A stretch of 64,000 bases of DNA from positions 336,142 through 400,141 of the forward strand of contig CBDCXM010000009.1 in assembly GCA_965223855.1 (NCBI GenBank), written 5' to 3'. The notes beneath the pieces were generated by a model. The model had not been told where the DNA came from. It did not search any database and saw only the letters and a list, made by a program, of their open reading frames with translations. The position numbers were made by a program, and so were the translations under genes. This stretch comes from Candidatus Multivoradales bacterium. Lineage in GTDB: Bacteria; Acidobacteriota; Thermoanaerobaculia; Multivoradales; JAHEKO01. Positions 9,264-19,825 of the stretch are shown here, in pieces; positions within the stretch are counted from its first letter, which is position 1; every line of letters begins with the position of its first letter.

Positions 9264-10565
9264 GTGGCTCGATTGGAGAAGGACGAGTCCTTCATCGGTC
9301 GCCGAGGCGCCTGGTCGGGCCGAGTTCGCAAGACGATACCGGCGCTCTTCGCTGCCCTTCTGATCGGCTCCGCAGCCGCCGCGCTACCGCCAGGTACTGC
9401 CCGGAACTGGTCCGAAGACCTCGACCAGTACGCCCGAGTCCTCGAGGAGAGGCACATCGACCTCTACCACGCGGTGCCCAAGGCTGAGTTCCTCTCGGAG
9501 GTCGAAGCTCTCAAGGCGAGACTCCACGAGTTCGACGACGTCGAGGTCGTCGTCGAACTGATGCGGCTGACCCGTCGCGTCGGAGACGGCCACACCGCCA
9601 TTCCGCTCTGGGACCGCGACTACCAGCGCTTCCCTTTCGAGGTCGTCTACCTCGACGGACAGGTCCTCGTCGTCGGAGCGTCGACGAAGCACCGGGGCCT
9701 GCTCGGCGCCCGACTCATCTCGATCGACGGCCATCCGGTTCGAGAGATCGCCGATGCACTCTCCGGAGTGGTTCCGTTCGTCGAGAACCCCTACTCGGAG
9801 AGGATTCGGGTAGGCGGGTACTTCATGCTCGCCGACCTCCTCCATGCCCTCGGGATGACGGCCGAGAAGGGCCGCGCCGAGTTCGTCTTCGATCTCGAAG
9901 ACGGGTCGACGACCCTCCGAGTCGACGCCAGGGCACCTGGCGACCTCGGCATCGACCAGGCTACGCGCCTCAGCCTCCAGAGCTTCGAGGAGCACCACGA
10001 GATCGCAAGGGGTGGACCCGGCGCCTGGGCCTCGTCCCTGGACGCGGGCAGGACGGTGTTCGTCTACCTGAAGCGGTATCCCGACGCGGACGCCTTCGAT
10101 CGCTTCGGCCAGACCGTCGTCGACTTCATCGACGAGAATCAGTCCACAAACCTGATCATCGATCTCCGCGACAGCTACGGCGGAGACTTCTTCTCCGGTC
10201 TGAACTTCGCGTCATGGCTCGTCACGGCAGACTCGATCGACTGGCGGTCCGGGGTCTACACCCTGATCGGTCACCGGACGTTCTCCGCCGCGATGAGCAA
10301 CAGCGTGCAGTTCCGTCAGATCCTCAACGCACGGCTTGTCGGCCAACCGACCGGCGCGCGACCGTGCGGGTATCAGGACGGCGGCTCCTTCCATCTCGAT
10401 CACTCGGGGCTTCTGGTCCTGTACTCGAAGCGCCGCTACTGCTTCGAGGACACCCATGCTCCTGCCGTGACGCCGAGCGTCTCGATCCCCCTCCGCCTCG
10501 AGGACTATCTGACGGGACGCGACCGGGTCATGGAGTGGGTGCTGGAGGACATCGGCAGGCGATAG
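9264..10565 (+). CDS. peptidase S41-like (tail-specific protease-like) secreted protein
   Basis: GTG start (start uncertain). IIDLRDSYGGDF and TFSAAMS resemble the S41 IIDLRxNxGG and catalytic Ser-Ala-Ala blocks. Hydrophobic N-terminal segment. Confidence 0.45.
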   Translation: MARLEKDESFIGRRGAWSGRVRKTIPALFAALLIGSAAAALPPGTARNWSEDLDQYARVLEERHIDLYHAVPKAEFLSEVEALKARLHEFDDVEVVVELMRLTRRVGDGHTAIPLWDRDYQRFPFEVVYLDGQVLVVGASTKHRGLLGARLISIDGHPVREIADALSGVVPFVENPYSERIRVGGYFMLADLLHALGMTAEKGRAEFVFDLEDGSTTLRVDARAPGDLGIDQATRLSLQSFEEHHEIARGGPGAWASSLDAGRTVFVYLKRYPDADAFDRFGQTVVDFIDENQSTNLIIDLRDSYGGDFFSGLNFASWLVTADSIDWRSGVYTLIGHRTFSAAMSNSVQFRQILNARLVGQPTGARPCGYQDGGSFHLDHSGLLVLYSKRRYCFEDTHAPAVTPSVSIPLRLEDYLTGRDRVMEWVLEDIGRR

Positions 10566-10635
10566 GAGTCCCTGCAGGACCGGCTCGTCCTCTGTCCCAC
10601 GCGGCCACGTCGAGGTCGGGGCCGTTCGCCCCGGG

Positions 10636-11838
10636 CTAGCTCGACGGGAGCGCCGATTCGATCGCGCGACGGATCTTCTCCGCCCGATCGGGCGACGCCC
10701 CCAGCTCCTTGTAGACCAGCCTCCCGGACGGATCGACGACCGCAACGCCCGGCTGCCAGGGTAGATCGAGAGCGCGTGCCAGCTCCTCTCCTCCGAGCAG
10801 CAGCGGATAGGGAGCCTCGACTTCGCGCCAGTACGCCTGCGGATCTCCGGTCTCGAAGACGTTCACGCCGAGGAAGGTGACCGGCTGGTCGGCGAGCGAA
10901 GCCGCGAGACGACGGGTGTCGGGCCCCATCGAACGGCACAGCAGGCACCACGTGTTCCAGAAGTCGAGCACGACCACCCGCCCCCGAAGCGATGCCAGAT
11001 CGATGCGCTCGCCGTCGGGGGTCGCGAGATCGAAGCCGGGGGCGCGCGCACCGAGAGCGCTGCCGACCACGGCCTCCACCGGGCCACCCCCGGAGGCGAC
11101 CGGACTCAGCCGGAAGAGATCGCGCGGCAGGTCGGCCTCCGCGTTCACTCCCGACAGAGAGAAGGTCATGGCCGGCGTGGTCGATCCCCCCGGCCAGTAC
11201 CCGCGCAGGGGGAGCAGGGAATCGCGTCCGATGGCCCACTCGACGGACGAAGGGGCTCCGCCGTCGGGCCGCATCTCTACCCGGATCACGTCGCACACCT
11301 CACCGTCCACCGTGTCGACGCCGACGACCACGCTCGTCGAGGTCGGAGCCAGCTCCTTCCAGAAGGGTTGCGCCTCGATGAACTCGGGCAGAAAGCCGTA
11401 GACGGCGGTGGCTGCGAGCCGGTTGGCGCCGTCGCCGACCGGCGCCGTCCGCACCACCCCATCGTCGCCCTCGGTCGCCCAGGCGTTCTCGCCGTCGACC
11501 GCATAGGCGAACCGTCTCTCTTCGATGCCGAACTCCGGCTGCGCGTGGACCGTGCCTTCGACGCGGTACCAGCTGTCGGCGGCGTCGGTGCGCCGCATCA
11601 TGCGGGTGGTGCCGGTGAGAAACCCGGTCGGATCCTCTGGGCCACCCCACTGGAAGTCGTAGGAGACCGCCGGCGTGGCAAGGATCGCTGCCGCGGAAGC
11701 GCGGAGGAGATGTTCCGCCGAATCCTCCATGGCCGAGGCGGCCGGCTCCCGCTGGGAGCAGCCGGTCAAAGCCAGGGCTACCGAAAGCAGGAGGGCGAAC
11801 CGCTCGATGCGACGTCGTGCGTGCCTCACGGCACTCAT
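10636..11838 (-). CDS. TlpA/ResA-like thiol-disulfide oxidoreductase lipoprotein with N-terminal domain of unknown function
   Basis: Start set at internal ATG 11838, giving a lipoprotein signal peptide (MSAVRHARRRIERFALLLSVALALTGC). C-terminal thioredoxin fold with WCLLC (CxxC). Confidence 0.6.
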   Translation of the reverse strand: MSAVRHARRRIERFALLLSVALALTGCSQREPAASAMEDSAEHLLRASAAAILATPAVSYDFQWGGPEDPTGFLTGTTRMMRRTDAADSWYRVEGTVHAQPEFGIEERRFAYAVDGENAWATEGDDGVVRTAPVGDGANRLAATAVYGFLPEFIEAQPFWKELAPTSTSVVVGVDTVDGEVCDVIRVEMRPDGGAPSSVEWAIGRDSLLPLRGYWPGGSTTPAMTFSLSGVNAEADLPRDLFRLSPVASGGGPVEAVVGSALGARAPGFDLATPDGERIDLASLRGRVVVLDFWNTWCLLCRSMGPDTRRLAASLADQPVTFLGVNVFETGDPQAYWREVEAPYPLLLGGEELARALDLPWQPGVAVVDPSGRLVYKELGASPDRAEKIRRAIESALPSS

Positions 11839-11973
11839 CCTAGAACGAGGCCGCAGAGACTTCGGTCGAAGTTCTCGGAACTTTCCCCTCCGAGGTCGCG
11901 TACTCAACTACAGAGCAGCAGTTGTGCTGACACCGCCGGCGGCTGGGAGACCGCCACGAAAAGGGTCGAGACA

Positions 11974-13218
11974 ATGAGTGACGAGACGAAGCAGACGATC
12001 GACGCAGCCACGACGACTTCCGTTCTGGAGGGCTCGAGCCTCTGGCGCCAGTGGGCCGCCTTCATGGCGCTGACGCTGGCGCTGATGGCCGGCGGGCTGA
12101 CGCTCACCGGCTGCGCCGGTGAAGCCAACGGCGACGACGAGGCCAAGGCCGAAGCGTCGGAGGACGGCGAGAAGAGCGCCGACGGCGAAGGTGAAGACGA
12201 GGAGGGCGACGAGACAGCCGCCATCCCCGTAGAGGTCGAGCCGGTCGCCACCGGCACCGTCGCCGCCTACGTGAGCGCGACCGCCAACCTGGTCGCCGAG
12301 AACGATGTCGCGGTGCTCTCCGAGGTCGAGGGCCGGGTCACCAGCCTTTCGGTCGACGAGGGGCACTACGTCCGCCAGGGGCAGGTGCTGGCGCGGCTCG
12401 ACCCGAGCGACGAGCAGATCGCGCTGACCAAGGCGGAGCTGCGGCACGAGAACGCCAAGCTCGCCTACGACCGCAGCGAGGACCTGATGGCCAAGGAGCT
12501 CGTCAGCCGCGAGGAGCACGACAAGCTGACGGTCGACTTCCAGATCGCCCAGCAGGAGCTGGCCGAGGCGAAGTGGGCGCTGGCGCAGACCGTCATCAAG
12601 TCGCCGTTCTCCGGTCGAGTCACGCTGCGCGAAATCCAGCTCGGTCAGCACGTGCGCCCCGGCGATACGCTGTTCCAGATCACCGACTTCGATCCGCTGA
12701 TCGCCCGCATCTACCTCTCCGAGAGCGACATCGTCGGCCTCACCGAGGGAACCGAGACGCGAATCCAGCTCAACGCCGATCCGAGCGTCGTGCTCGCCGG
12801 CCGGATCCGCCAGATCTCGCCGATCGTCGACACCGCCACCGGCACCGTCAAGGTGACGGTCGAAGCGAACGCGGTCTCGGGCGACGGTCCGCCGCCGGTG
12901 AGACCGGGTAGCTTCGTGTCGATCCACGTCGTCCGCGAAACCCACGAGAACGCCCTGACCGTGCCGCGCGAGGCGGTGCTGCGCGAGCTGCAGGCGACCC
13001 ACGTCTTCGTCACCGACGGAGCGACCGCCACCAAGAAGGCGATCCAGCTCGGCATCGAGGACGGCAATCGCGTGCAGGTGCTCGCCGGGCTCGAGGCTGG
13101 AGAGAACGTCATCGTCGCCGGCCAGGGCGGCCTGCGCGAGGGGACGAAGATCCGCGTCCTCGGTGACGAGAGCGACGCGACCGCCGAGACCGACGTCGAC
13201 GTCGCGTCCGCGAGCTGA
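11974..13218 (+). CDS. efflux RND transporter periplasmic adaptor subunit (membrane fusion protein)
   Basis: HlyD/AcrA-like coiled-coil plus beta-barrel regions. Lipobox LTGC. Immediately precedes the RND permeases. A later internal ATG start is also possible. Confidence 0.75.
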   Translation: MSDETKQTIDAATTTSVLEGSSLWRQWAAFMALTLALMAGGLTLTGCAGEANGDDEAKAEASEDGEKSADGEGEDEEGDETAAIPVEVEPVATGTVAAYVSATANLVAENDVAVLSEVEGRVTSLSVDEGHYVRQGQVLARLDPSDEQIALTKAELRHENAKLAYDRSEDLMAKELVSREEHDKLTVDFQIAQQELAEAKWALAQTVIKSPFSGRVTLREIQLGQHVRPGDTLFQITDFDPLIARIYLSESDIVGLTEGTETRIQLNADPSVVLAGRIRQISPIVDTATGTVKVTVEANAVSGDGPPPVRPGSFVSIHVVRETHENALTVPREAVLRELQATHVFVTDGATATKKAIQLGIEDGNRVQVLAGLEAGENVIVAGQGGLREGTKIRVLGDESDATAETDVDVASAS

Positions 13219-13229
13219 GGAGCGAAGCC

Positions 13230-16200
13230 GTGCGCCTGATCGAGTTCTCCCTCACCCGTCGGGTCACCATCGCCATGGGCGCAGTCGCCCTGGTGCTGTT
13301 CGGCCTCGTCGCCTTCCAGCGGCTGTCGATCAACCTGCTGCCCGATCTTTCGTATCCCAGCCTTACGGTCGAGACCCGCTATCCGGGCGCCGCCCCGGCC
13401 GAGATCGAGAGCCTCGTCACGAGACCGATCGAAGAGGTGATCGGCGTCGTCTCCGGCGTCCAGCGGCTGACCTCGACCTCGCGCCCCGGCCTCTCGCAGG
13501 TGACGCTCGAGTTCGACTGGAAGCGCGACATGGACTTCGCCGCGCTCGACGTGCGCGAGAAGCTCGATCTGATCCGCCTGCCCCAGCAGGCGTCGAAGCC
13601 GGTGGTGCTGCGCTTCGATCCGGCGAACGACCCGATCCTGCGGCTCTACCTGACCGGCGGCGAGAGCCTCTATCAGCTCCGCTACGTCGGTGAGGAGGTC
13701 GTCAAGAAGGACCTCGAGTCGACCGAGGGGGTCGCCGCGATCAAGGTCAACGGCGGCTACGAGGAAGAGATTCAGGTGCGGGTCGACGAGGGCAAGCTCT
13801 CGCTCGTCGGGCTCACCATCCAGGACGTCAACACCAAGCTGCTGCAGGAGAACGTCAACCAGGCGGGCGGCAGCCTCTACGAATCGGAAGCGCGCTATCT
13901 GGTGCGCGCCAACAACGAGTTCGAGGGCCTGCCGGACATCCTGCAGACGGTCCTCACCTCTCAGAACGGGCGCGTGGTGCGGGTCTCCGACGTCGCGCGG
14001 GTCGAGCGCGGCCACAAGCGGCGCGAGGTGATCACCCGTCACGGCGCCGAGGAGGCGGTCGAGCTCGCCCTCTACAAGGAGGGGGACTCGAACACCGTGC
14101 AGGTCGCGCGCTCGGTCAGCACGCGGCTCGCCGCGATCGCCGACGAGCTGCCCGAGGGAATCGAGATCTCGACCGGCGTCGACCAGTCGAAGTTCATCCA
14201 GGCGTCGATCCGCGAGGTGCTCTCGAACGCGCTGCTGGGCGGCTTCATCGCCGTGATCGTGCTGCTGCTGTTCCTCAAGGATCCGCGGTCGACCCTCATC
14301 ATCGGCCTGTCGATCCCGATCTCGATCGTGACGACCTTCTTCCTCATGTACCGCACCGGGACGACGCTCAACATCATGTCGCTCGGCGGTCTGGCGCTGG
14401 GCGTCGGCATGCTGGTCGACAACGCGATCGTCGTGCTGGAAGCGGTCTACAAGCACCGCGAGGCCGGCGAGAACCGCTTCGATTCGGCGCTCAAGGGTGC
14501 CTCCGAGGTCGGCCGCGCGGTCATCGCCTCGACGCTGACGACGGTCGCCGTCTTCCTGCCGGTGGTGTTCCTCGACGGTGTCGCGGCGCAGCTCTTCCGC
14601 GACATGGCACTCACCGTGTCGTTCTCGCTCGTCGCGTCGCTGGTGATCGCTCTGACGCTCATTCCGATGCTCGCCGCGGCGCTCGGGGCCACGCGGCTCG
14701 AGTCGGTGCCGACGCCACCGGCCGCCGGCCGGCGCATCGCGCGCTCCATCTGGCGTGTCTTCGTCTGGCTGCCGAGCCTGGTCCTCAAGGGGCTGCGGAT
14801 CGCCGGCGGCTGGGTCGGCCGTGTGCTTACGATCGCCGCGAAGCCGATCAGCAAGGCGTTCGACGGCGTCCTCGGCACCGTGTCGAACGCCTATCCGAAG
14901 CTCCTGGGTTGGGCGCTCGCGCGGCGCATGCTCGTCATCGTCGTCGCGCTGGTGGTCTTCATCGGCGCCCTCGCGCTGGTTCCGGGACTCGGCTTCGACC
15001 TCATCCCCGCCTTCTCGCAGGGTGAGTTCAGCTTCCTCGTCGAGCTGCCGGAAGGGACGCCGCTCGAGGTGGTCGATCGCTACGTCGCCGAAGTACAGGA
15101 CGTGGTGGCGGACGATCCGCGGGTCGGTTCGCTGTCGAGCATCGCCGGCGGACGCGGGCTGAGCCTCACCAACACCGGCACCGAGGGCGAGAACACCGCC
15201 CGCATCCAGGTGCTGATGGCCTCCGGTACGACGCCGCAGGACGAGCAGGCGGTGATCACGGCACTGCGCTCGCGGTTCGACGAAACGCCGGAGGTCGCCT
15301 ACAAGTTCGAGCGGCCGACCTACTTCAGCTTCCGCACCCCGATCGAGGTCGAGATCTACGGCGACCAGCTCGAGGATCTGCACTCGGTGGCCGCCGACGT
15401 GCGCGGCCGGCTGGCCGAGCTGCCCGGCCTCGTCGACGTCAAGTCGTCGGCCGAGCTCGGCAACCCCGAGCTCCAGGTGCGCTTCGACCGCGCCCAGTTC
15501 GCGCAGCTCGACCTGGCGATCGGGACGGTCGCCGACACCATCCGCAACAAGGTGCAGGGCGAGGTCGCGACCCGGCTGACCGAGGGCGACCGCGAGATCG
15601 ACATCGTCGTCCGCTCGGTCGACGTCGGCCAGGCGAAGGTGCGCGACATCGAGAACTTCATCGTCGCGCAGCGCCACGGCGTGCCGGTCTACCTCAAGTC
15701 GATCGCCGACGTGTCGATCGTCGCCGGCCCGAGCGAGATCCGCCGTATCGGCCAGAAGCGCGCCGCGGTGGTCTCCGCCAATCTCGACGGCCGCGACATG
15801 GGCGCGGCGGCGGCCGACGTCCGCCGGGCGCTGACCGAGGTCGTTCTGCCCGCCTCGACCACGGTGGCCGTGAGCGGTCAGGAAGAGGAGCGCACGAGTG
15901 CTCAGAGCTCGCTCCTGATGGCGATGGCGCTGGCGATCTTCCTCGTCTACCTGGTGATGGCCTCGCAGTTCGAGTCGTTCCTCCACCCGTTCGTCATCAT
16001 CTTCTCGCTGCCGCTCGGTGCGATCGGCGTCGTGATGGCGCTCGGCGTCACCGGCAACAGCGTCAACATCGTGGCGATGATCGGCGCCGTCATGCTGGCC
16101 GGCATCGTCGTCAACAACGCGATCGTCCTCATCGACGCCGTCAACCAGCGGCGGCGCGCCGGGATGGCGAAAGAGGAAGCGCTGCTGGCCGCCGGCTCCG

Positions 16201-16520
16201 ACCGCCTGCGGCCGATTCTCATGACGTCCGCAACGACCGTGCTCGGCCTGCTGCCGATGGCCCTCGGCCTCGGCGAGGGGGCGGAGCTTCGGGCGCCGCT
16301 CGCGATCACCGTGATCGGCGGTCTCACCGTGGCGACGCTCCTGACCCTGATCGTCATCCCGGTGGTCTACGCCACCTTCGACCGCCGCGAGTCGCTCGCC
16401 GAGGAGGATCTCGGAGAGCCCGAGGACGACGACCAGGCGAAGGCCGAAGATGACGAAGCCGCCGCAGACGAGGAACCGGACCTCGACGACGCCCTCGAAG
16501 CCGGAGCCGCCGGCGCCTGA
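13230..16520 (+). CDS. RND efflux transporter permease (AcrB/HAE1 family)
   Basis: GTG start with GAGGA Shine-Dalgarno, 11 nt after the adaptor gene stop. 1096 aa, 12-TM AcrB-like architecture with two large periplasmic loops. Confidence 0.85.
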   Translation: MRLIEFSLTRRVTIAMGAVALVLFGLVAFQRLSINLLPDLSYPSLTVETRYPGAAPAEIESLVTRPIEEVIGVVSGVQRLTSTSRPGLSQVTLEFDWKRDMDFAALDVREKLDLIRLPQQASKPVVLRFDPANDPILRLYLTGGESLYQLRYVGEEVVKKDLESTEGVAAIKVNGGYEEEIQVRVDEGKLSLVGLTIQDVNTKLLQENVNQAGGSLYESEARYLVRANNEFEGLPDILQTVLTSQNGRVVRVSDVARVERGHKRREVITRHGAEEAVELALYKEGDSNTVQVARSVSTRLAAIADELPEGIEISTGVDQSKFIQASIREVLSNALLGGFIAVIVLLLFLKDPRSTLIIGLSIPISIVTTFFLMYRTGTTLNIMSLGGLALGVGMLVDNAIVVLEAVYKHREAGENRFDSALKGASEVGRAVIASTLTTVAVFLPVVFLDGVAAQLFRDMALTVSFSLVASLVIALTLIPMLAAALGATRLESVPTPPAAGRRIARSIWRVFVWLPSLVLKGLRIAGGWVGRVLTIAAKPISKAFDGVLGTVSNAYPKLLGWALARRMLVIVVALVVFIGALALVPGLGFDLIPAFSQGEFSFLVELPEGTPLEVVDRYVAEVQDVVADDPRVGSLSSIAGGRGLSLTNTGTEGENTARIQVLMASGTTPQDEQAVITALRSRFDETPEVAYKFERPTYFSFRTPIEVEIYGDQLEDLHSVAADVRGRLAELPGLVDVKSSAELGNPELQVRFDRAQFAQLDLAIGTVADTIRNKVQGEVATRLTEGDREIDIVVRSVDVGQAKVRDIENFIVAQRHGVPVYLKSIADVSIVAGPSEIRRIGQKRAAVVSANLDGRDMGAAAADVRRALTEVVLPASTTVAVSGQEEERTSAQSSLLMAMALAIFLVYLVMASQFESFLHPFVIIFSLPLGAIGVVMALGVTGNSVNIVAMIGAVMLAGIVVNNAIVLIDAVNQRRRAGMAKEEALLAAGSDRLRPILMTSATTVLGLLPMALGLGEGAELRAPLAITVIGGLTVATLLTLIVIPVVYATFDRRESLAEEDLGEPEDDDQAKAEDDEAAADEEPDLDDALEAGAAGA

Positions 16521-16548
16521 CCGCCGGCCGATCGACAAGGAAGCCGCG

Positions 16549-19500
16549 ATGAGCCTGCTCAAACTCTCCGTCAGCCGCCCCGTCACCACCGCGATGGTGC
16601 TGGTGAGCATCCTCGTGCTCGGGGGTATCGCCGCCGCGCGCCTGCCGCTCGCCTACCTGCCGGAGATCGACGTGCCGTTCATCGGCATCCAGATCCCCTA
16701 CCCCAACTCGAATCCGCAGCAGATCGAGAAGGAGATCGTGCGGCCGGTCGAGGAGCTGCTGGCAACGCTGCCGGGAGTCAACTCGCTCAACGCCAACGCC
16801 ACCGCCGATCAGGCGGAGTTCTTCCTCGAGTTCGACTGGGGCAACTCGATCGACATCGTCCGCATGCAGGTGGGCGAGAAGATGGACCAGATCAAGCCCG
16901 AGCTGCCGGCCGGCATCGGCGAGGTCTTCATCTTCTCGTTCAACACGAGCGACATCCCGGTGGTCGAAGGGCGCATCTCAGCCCCCGGGGTCGATCTCTC
17001 CTCGAGCTACGAGCTGATCGAGGCGCGGGTGCTCAACCGCCTGCGCCGCATCCCCGGCGTCGGCCGGGTCGACCTCGACGGCGTGCTGCCGCGCGAGATC
17101 TTCATCGACCTCGTACTCGACGAGATCGCCGCCCACAACGTCGACGTCAGCGCGCTGATCGGCAAGCTCCAGGGGGCGACCTCGAACCTCGTCCTCGGTC
17201 AGGTGGCGGACGATCAGATGAGCTTCACCGCCCGCGCCGTGGGTGACTTCGAGTCGGTCGAGGAGATCCAGACCCTCGCCATCGACCAGCGCGGGCTGAC
17301 CCTCGGCGACATTGCCGAGATCTCCTACGAGCAGCCGCCGATCGGCCACGGCCGGCATCTCGACGGCTCCTACGCCGTCGCCCTGATGGTGTTCAAGGAG
17401 TCGACCGCCAACACCGTCGACGTCGCCAACGAGGTGTTGCGGGTGCTCGACGAGGACATCGGCGCCGATCCGCTCCTCCAGGGGATCAACGTCTTCATGT
17501 GGGACAACCAGGCGGACGCGATCACCAACGGCGTGCAGGGGCTCCTGATGGCGGGCATCATCGGCGGCCTGCTGGCGGTGCTGTGCCTCTACTTCTTCCT
17601 GCGGCGGCTCGATTCGACGCTGATCGTCTCGCTGTCGATCCCGTTCTCGATCATCGCCGCGTGCGGCATCCTCTACTTCCTCGGCGGATCGCTGAACATC
17701 CTGTCGATGATGGGGTTGATGCTCGCGGTCGGCATGCTGGTCGACAACGGCGTCGTGGTGCTCGAATCGATCGACCGCCACCACCGGACGGAGAAGAACC
17801 GCAAGAAGTCGGCGCTCCAGGGCGCCCGCGAGGTCGTCGTGGCGGTCGGCAGCTCGACCCTCACCACCGTGATCGTCTTCCTGCCGCTGATCCTCGGCGG
17901 CAAGACCGACCTCGCCGTCTGGCTCAAGGAGATCGGGGTCGCGATCACCATCGCCCTCGGCTGCTCGCTCTTCACCGCGATGACGCTGATCCCGCTGATG
18001 TCGGCACACTTCCTCGGCCGCAAGAGGTCGAAGCCGATCCGGGCGATGTCGAAGCTCGAGGATCGCTACGCGGCCATCCTCGGATGGACCCTCACCCGGC
18101 CGTGGAAGACGGCGGGCCTGATGATCCTCTTCGCGGTGCTGGGTGTGGTGCCGATGATGACCGGCATGGTCGACGCGGCGATGTTCTCCGGCACGCTCAA
18201 CGAGCGGATCTACTTCAGCTACGAGTTCTCGGAATTCGCCTACAAGTCGCAGGCCGAAGACGCGGTCGACGTGGTCGAGAAGGCGATCGAGCCCCACAAG
18301 GTGCGGCTCGGCATCGATTCGGTCTACAGCTACTACACCTCGAACGAGGCGGGCACGACGCTGACGCTGGCGCAGAAGAACCTCTCGGACGACGAGGTCA
18401 AGGAGCTGCGCAAGCAGGTGCGCGAGGTGCTTCCGGAGATGGCGGGCGTCAAGTTGCGCTTCGACGAGGAGTCGGACTCCGGCGGCAACTCGACCTACTT
18501 CGCCGTCAAGTTCTTCGGTCAGGACACCGACGTGCTGCTCGATCTGGCGACCGAGGCGGCGCGGCGCATCGACACCGTCGAGGGGGTCGAGGACGTCCGC
18601 ACCCCGTTCAAGGAGGCGCAGCGCGAGATCCAGGTGTCGATCGACCGCGAGAAGGCTACCCGCCAGGGGCTGACCGCCCAGGACATGGCGAACATCTTCT
18701 CCTTCACCCTCGGCTCGATGCGGCTGCCGCGCTTCGACGCCGGAGATCGCGAGGTCGACACCTGGCTGGCGCTGCGCATCGAGGACCGCGAGAACCTCGA
18801 GGATCTCAAGAAGATCCAGATCGGCGGTAGCGACGACCGGCCGGTGCGGCTGGGCGACGTCGCGAACTTCCAGTTCGTCAGCCGCCCGCGCGAGATCCAG
18901 CGCGAGAACCGCAAGGTGCGGATGGCGGTGCGCGCCACCTACGAGGGCGAGGACTGGGAGAGCACCCAGAAGGAGATCGAGGGGCTGATGAACGCCTTCG
19001 AGCTCCCCGCAGGCTATTCCTGGAGCTGGAACGACCGCATCATCGAGCAGGGGCAGCAGAACGCCCAGATGGGGGTCAACATGCTGCTGGCGCTGCTGCT
19101 GGTCTACATCGTCATGGCATCGCTCTTCGAATCGCTCGCCCAGCCGTTCGCGATCCTCTTCTCGATCCTCTTCGCCCTCCCCGGAGTCTTCTGGGCGCTG
19201 GCGCTCACCGGCACCTCGTTCAACCTGATGGCGCAGATCGGCATCCTCATCCTGATGGGGATCGTCGTGAACAACGGCATCGTGCTGCTCGACCACGTGA
19301 AGAGGCTGCGCGACAGCGGCCTCACCCAGCACGACGCCTTCCTCCGCGCCGGCCGCGAGCGGCTGCGGCCGATCCTCATGACCGCCTCGACCACCGTCAT
19401 CGGCCTGCTGCCGCTGGCGGTGCGCGGCCCCAACGCCGGCGGCGTCTTCTACTACCCGCTGGCGCGCACCGTGATGGGGGGGCTCATCTCCTCCGTCATC

Positions 19501-19641
19501 CTGACCCTCATCATCCTCCCCTTCTGGAGCGTCTTCATCGAGAAGGGCGTCGCCTGGCTGCGCAACATCTGGCGCCTGTCGGGCGCGCGCAAGAGCGACG
19601 GCGAGGCGGGGGTGCCGGTGGCGGCCGAGACGACGAGCTGA
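16549..19641 (+). CDS. RND efflux transporter permease, second tandem paralogue
   Basis: ATG 16549 (MSLLKLSVSRPVTTAMVLV), 29 nt after the first permease stop. AcrB-like throughout. Confidence 0.85.
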   Translation: MSLLKLSVSRPVTTAMVLVSILVLGGIAAARLPLAYLPEIDVPFIGIQIPYPNSNPQQIEKEIVRPVEELLATLPGVNSLNANATADQAEFFLEFDWGNSIDIVRMQVGEKMDQIKPELPAGIGEVFIFSFNTSDIPVVEGRISAPGVDLSSSYELIEARVLNRLRRIPGVGRVDLDGVLPREIFIDLVLDEIAAHNVDVSALIGKLQGATSNLVLGQVADDQMSFTARAVGDFESVEEIQTLAIDQRGLTLGDIAEISYEQPPIGHGRHLDGSYAVALMVFKESTANTVDVANEVLRVLDEDIGADPLLQGINVFMWDNQADAITNGVQGLLMAGIIGGLLAVLCLYFFLRRLDSTLIVSLSIPFSIIAACGILYFLGGSLNILSMMGLMLAVGMLVDNGVVVLESIDRHHRTEKNRKKSALQGAREVVVAVGSSTLTTVIVFLPLILGGKTDLAVWLKEIGVAITIALGCSLFTAMTLIPLMSAHFLGRKRSKPIRAMSKLEDRYAAILGWTLTRPWKTAGLMILFAVLGVVPMMTGMVDAAMFSGTLNERIYFSYEFSEFAYKSQAEDAVDVVEKAIEPHKVRLGIDSVYSYYTSNEAGTTLTLAQKNLSDDEVKELRKQVREVLPEMAGVKLRFDEESDSGGNSTYFAVKFFGQDTDVLLDLATEAARRIDTVEGVEDVRTPFKEAQREIQVSIDREKATRQGLTAQDMANIFSFTLGSMRLPRFDAGDREVDTWLALRIEDRENLEDLKKIQIGGSDDRPVRLGDVANFQFVSRPREIQRENRKVRMAVRATYEGEDWESTQKEIEGLMNAFELPAGYSWSWNDRIIEQGQQNAQMGVNMLLALLLVYIVMASLFESLAQPFAILFSILFALPGVFWALALTGTSFNLMAQIGILILMGIVVNNGIVLLDHVKRLRDSGLTQHDAFLRAGRERLRPILMTASTTVIGLLPLAVRGPNAGGVFYYPLARTVMGGLISSVILTLIILPFWSVFIEKGVAWLRNIWRLSGARKSDGEAGVPVAAETTS

Positions 19642-19825
19642 AGTCGCTAACCCGGACTTCTCACCAGGTTTCTGCTCCAGGTCCGTGACTTGTTGGAGAT
19701 ACGAGGCTCTTCGTCCTGAGCAGCGCAGGCGTAGCCGTAGCTACATCGAGGAGCGCAGGGACGGAGAAACGCAGTAGATCCAGCAAGATACGGGCCTGGA
19801 GTAGGGAGCTGGTGAGAGGTCCGGG

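Noticed and set aside
12711-16610. 1299-aa minus-strand ORF
   Set aside because: Antisense to the membrane-fusion and RND permease genes. The translation is Arg/Asp/Gly-rich low complexity typical of off-frame reading in high-GC DNA. The plus strand carries well-supported RND genes.
16978-19332. 784-aa minus-strand ORF
   Set aside because: Antisense to the second RND permease. Low-complexity D/E/R-rich translation.
19642-19825. 185-bp AT-richer intergenic stretch checked for a tRNA or integration site
   Set aside because: No T-loop (GTTCGAATC-like) or cloverleaf features. No direct repeats flanking the low-GC insertion could be found by eye.
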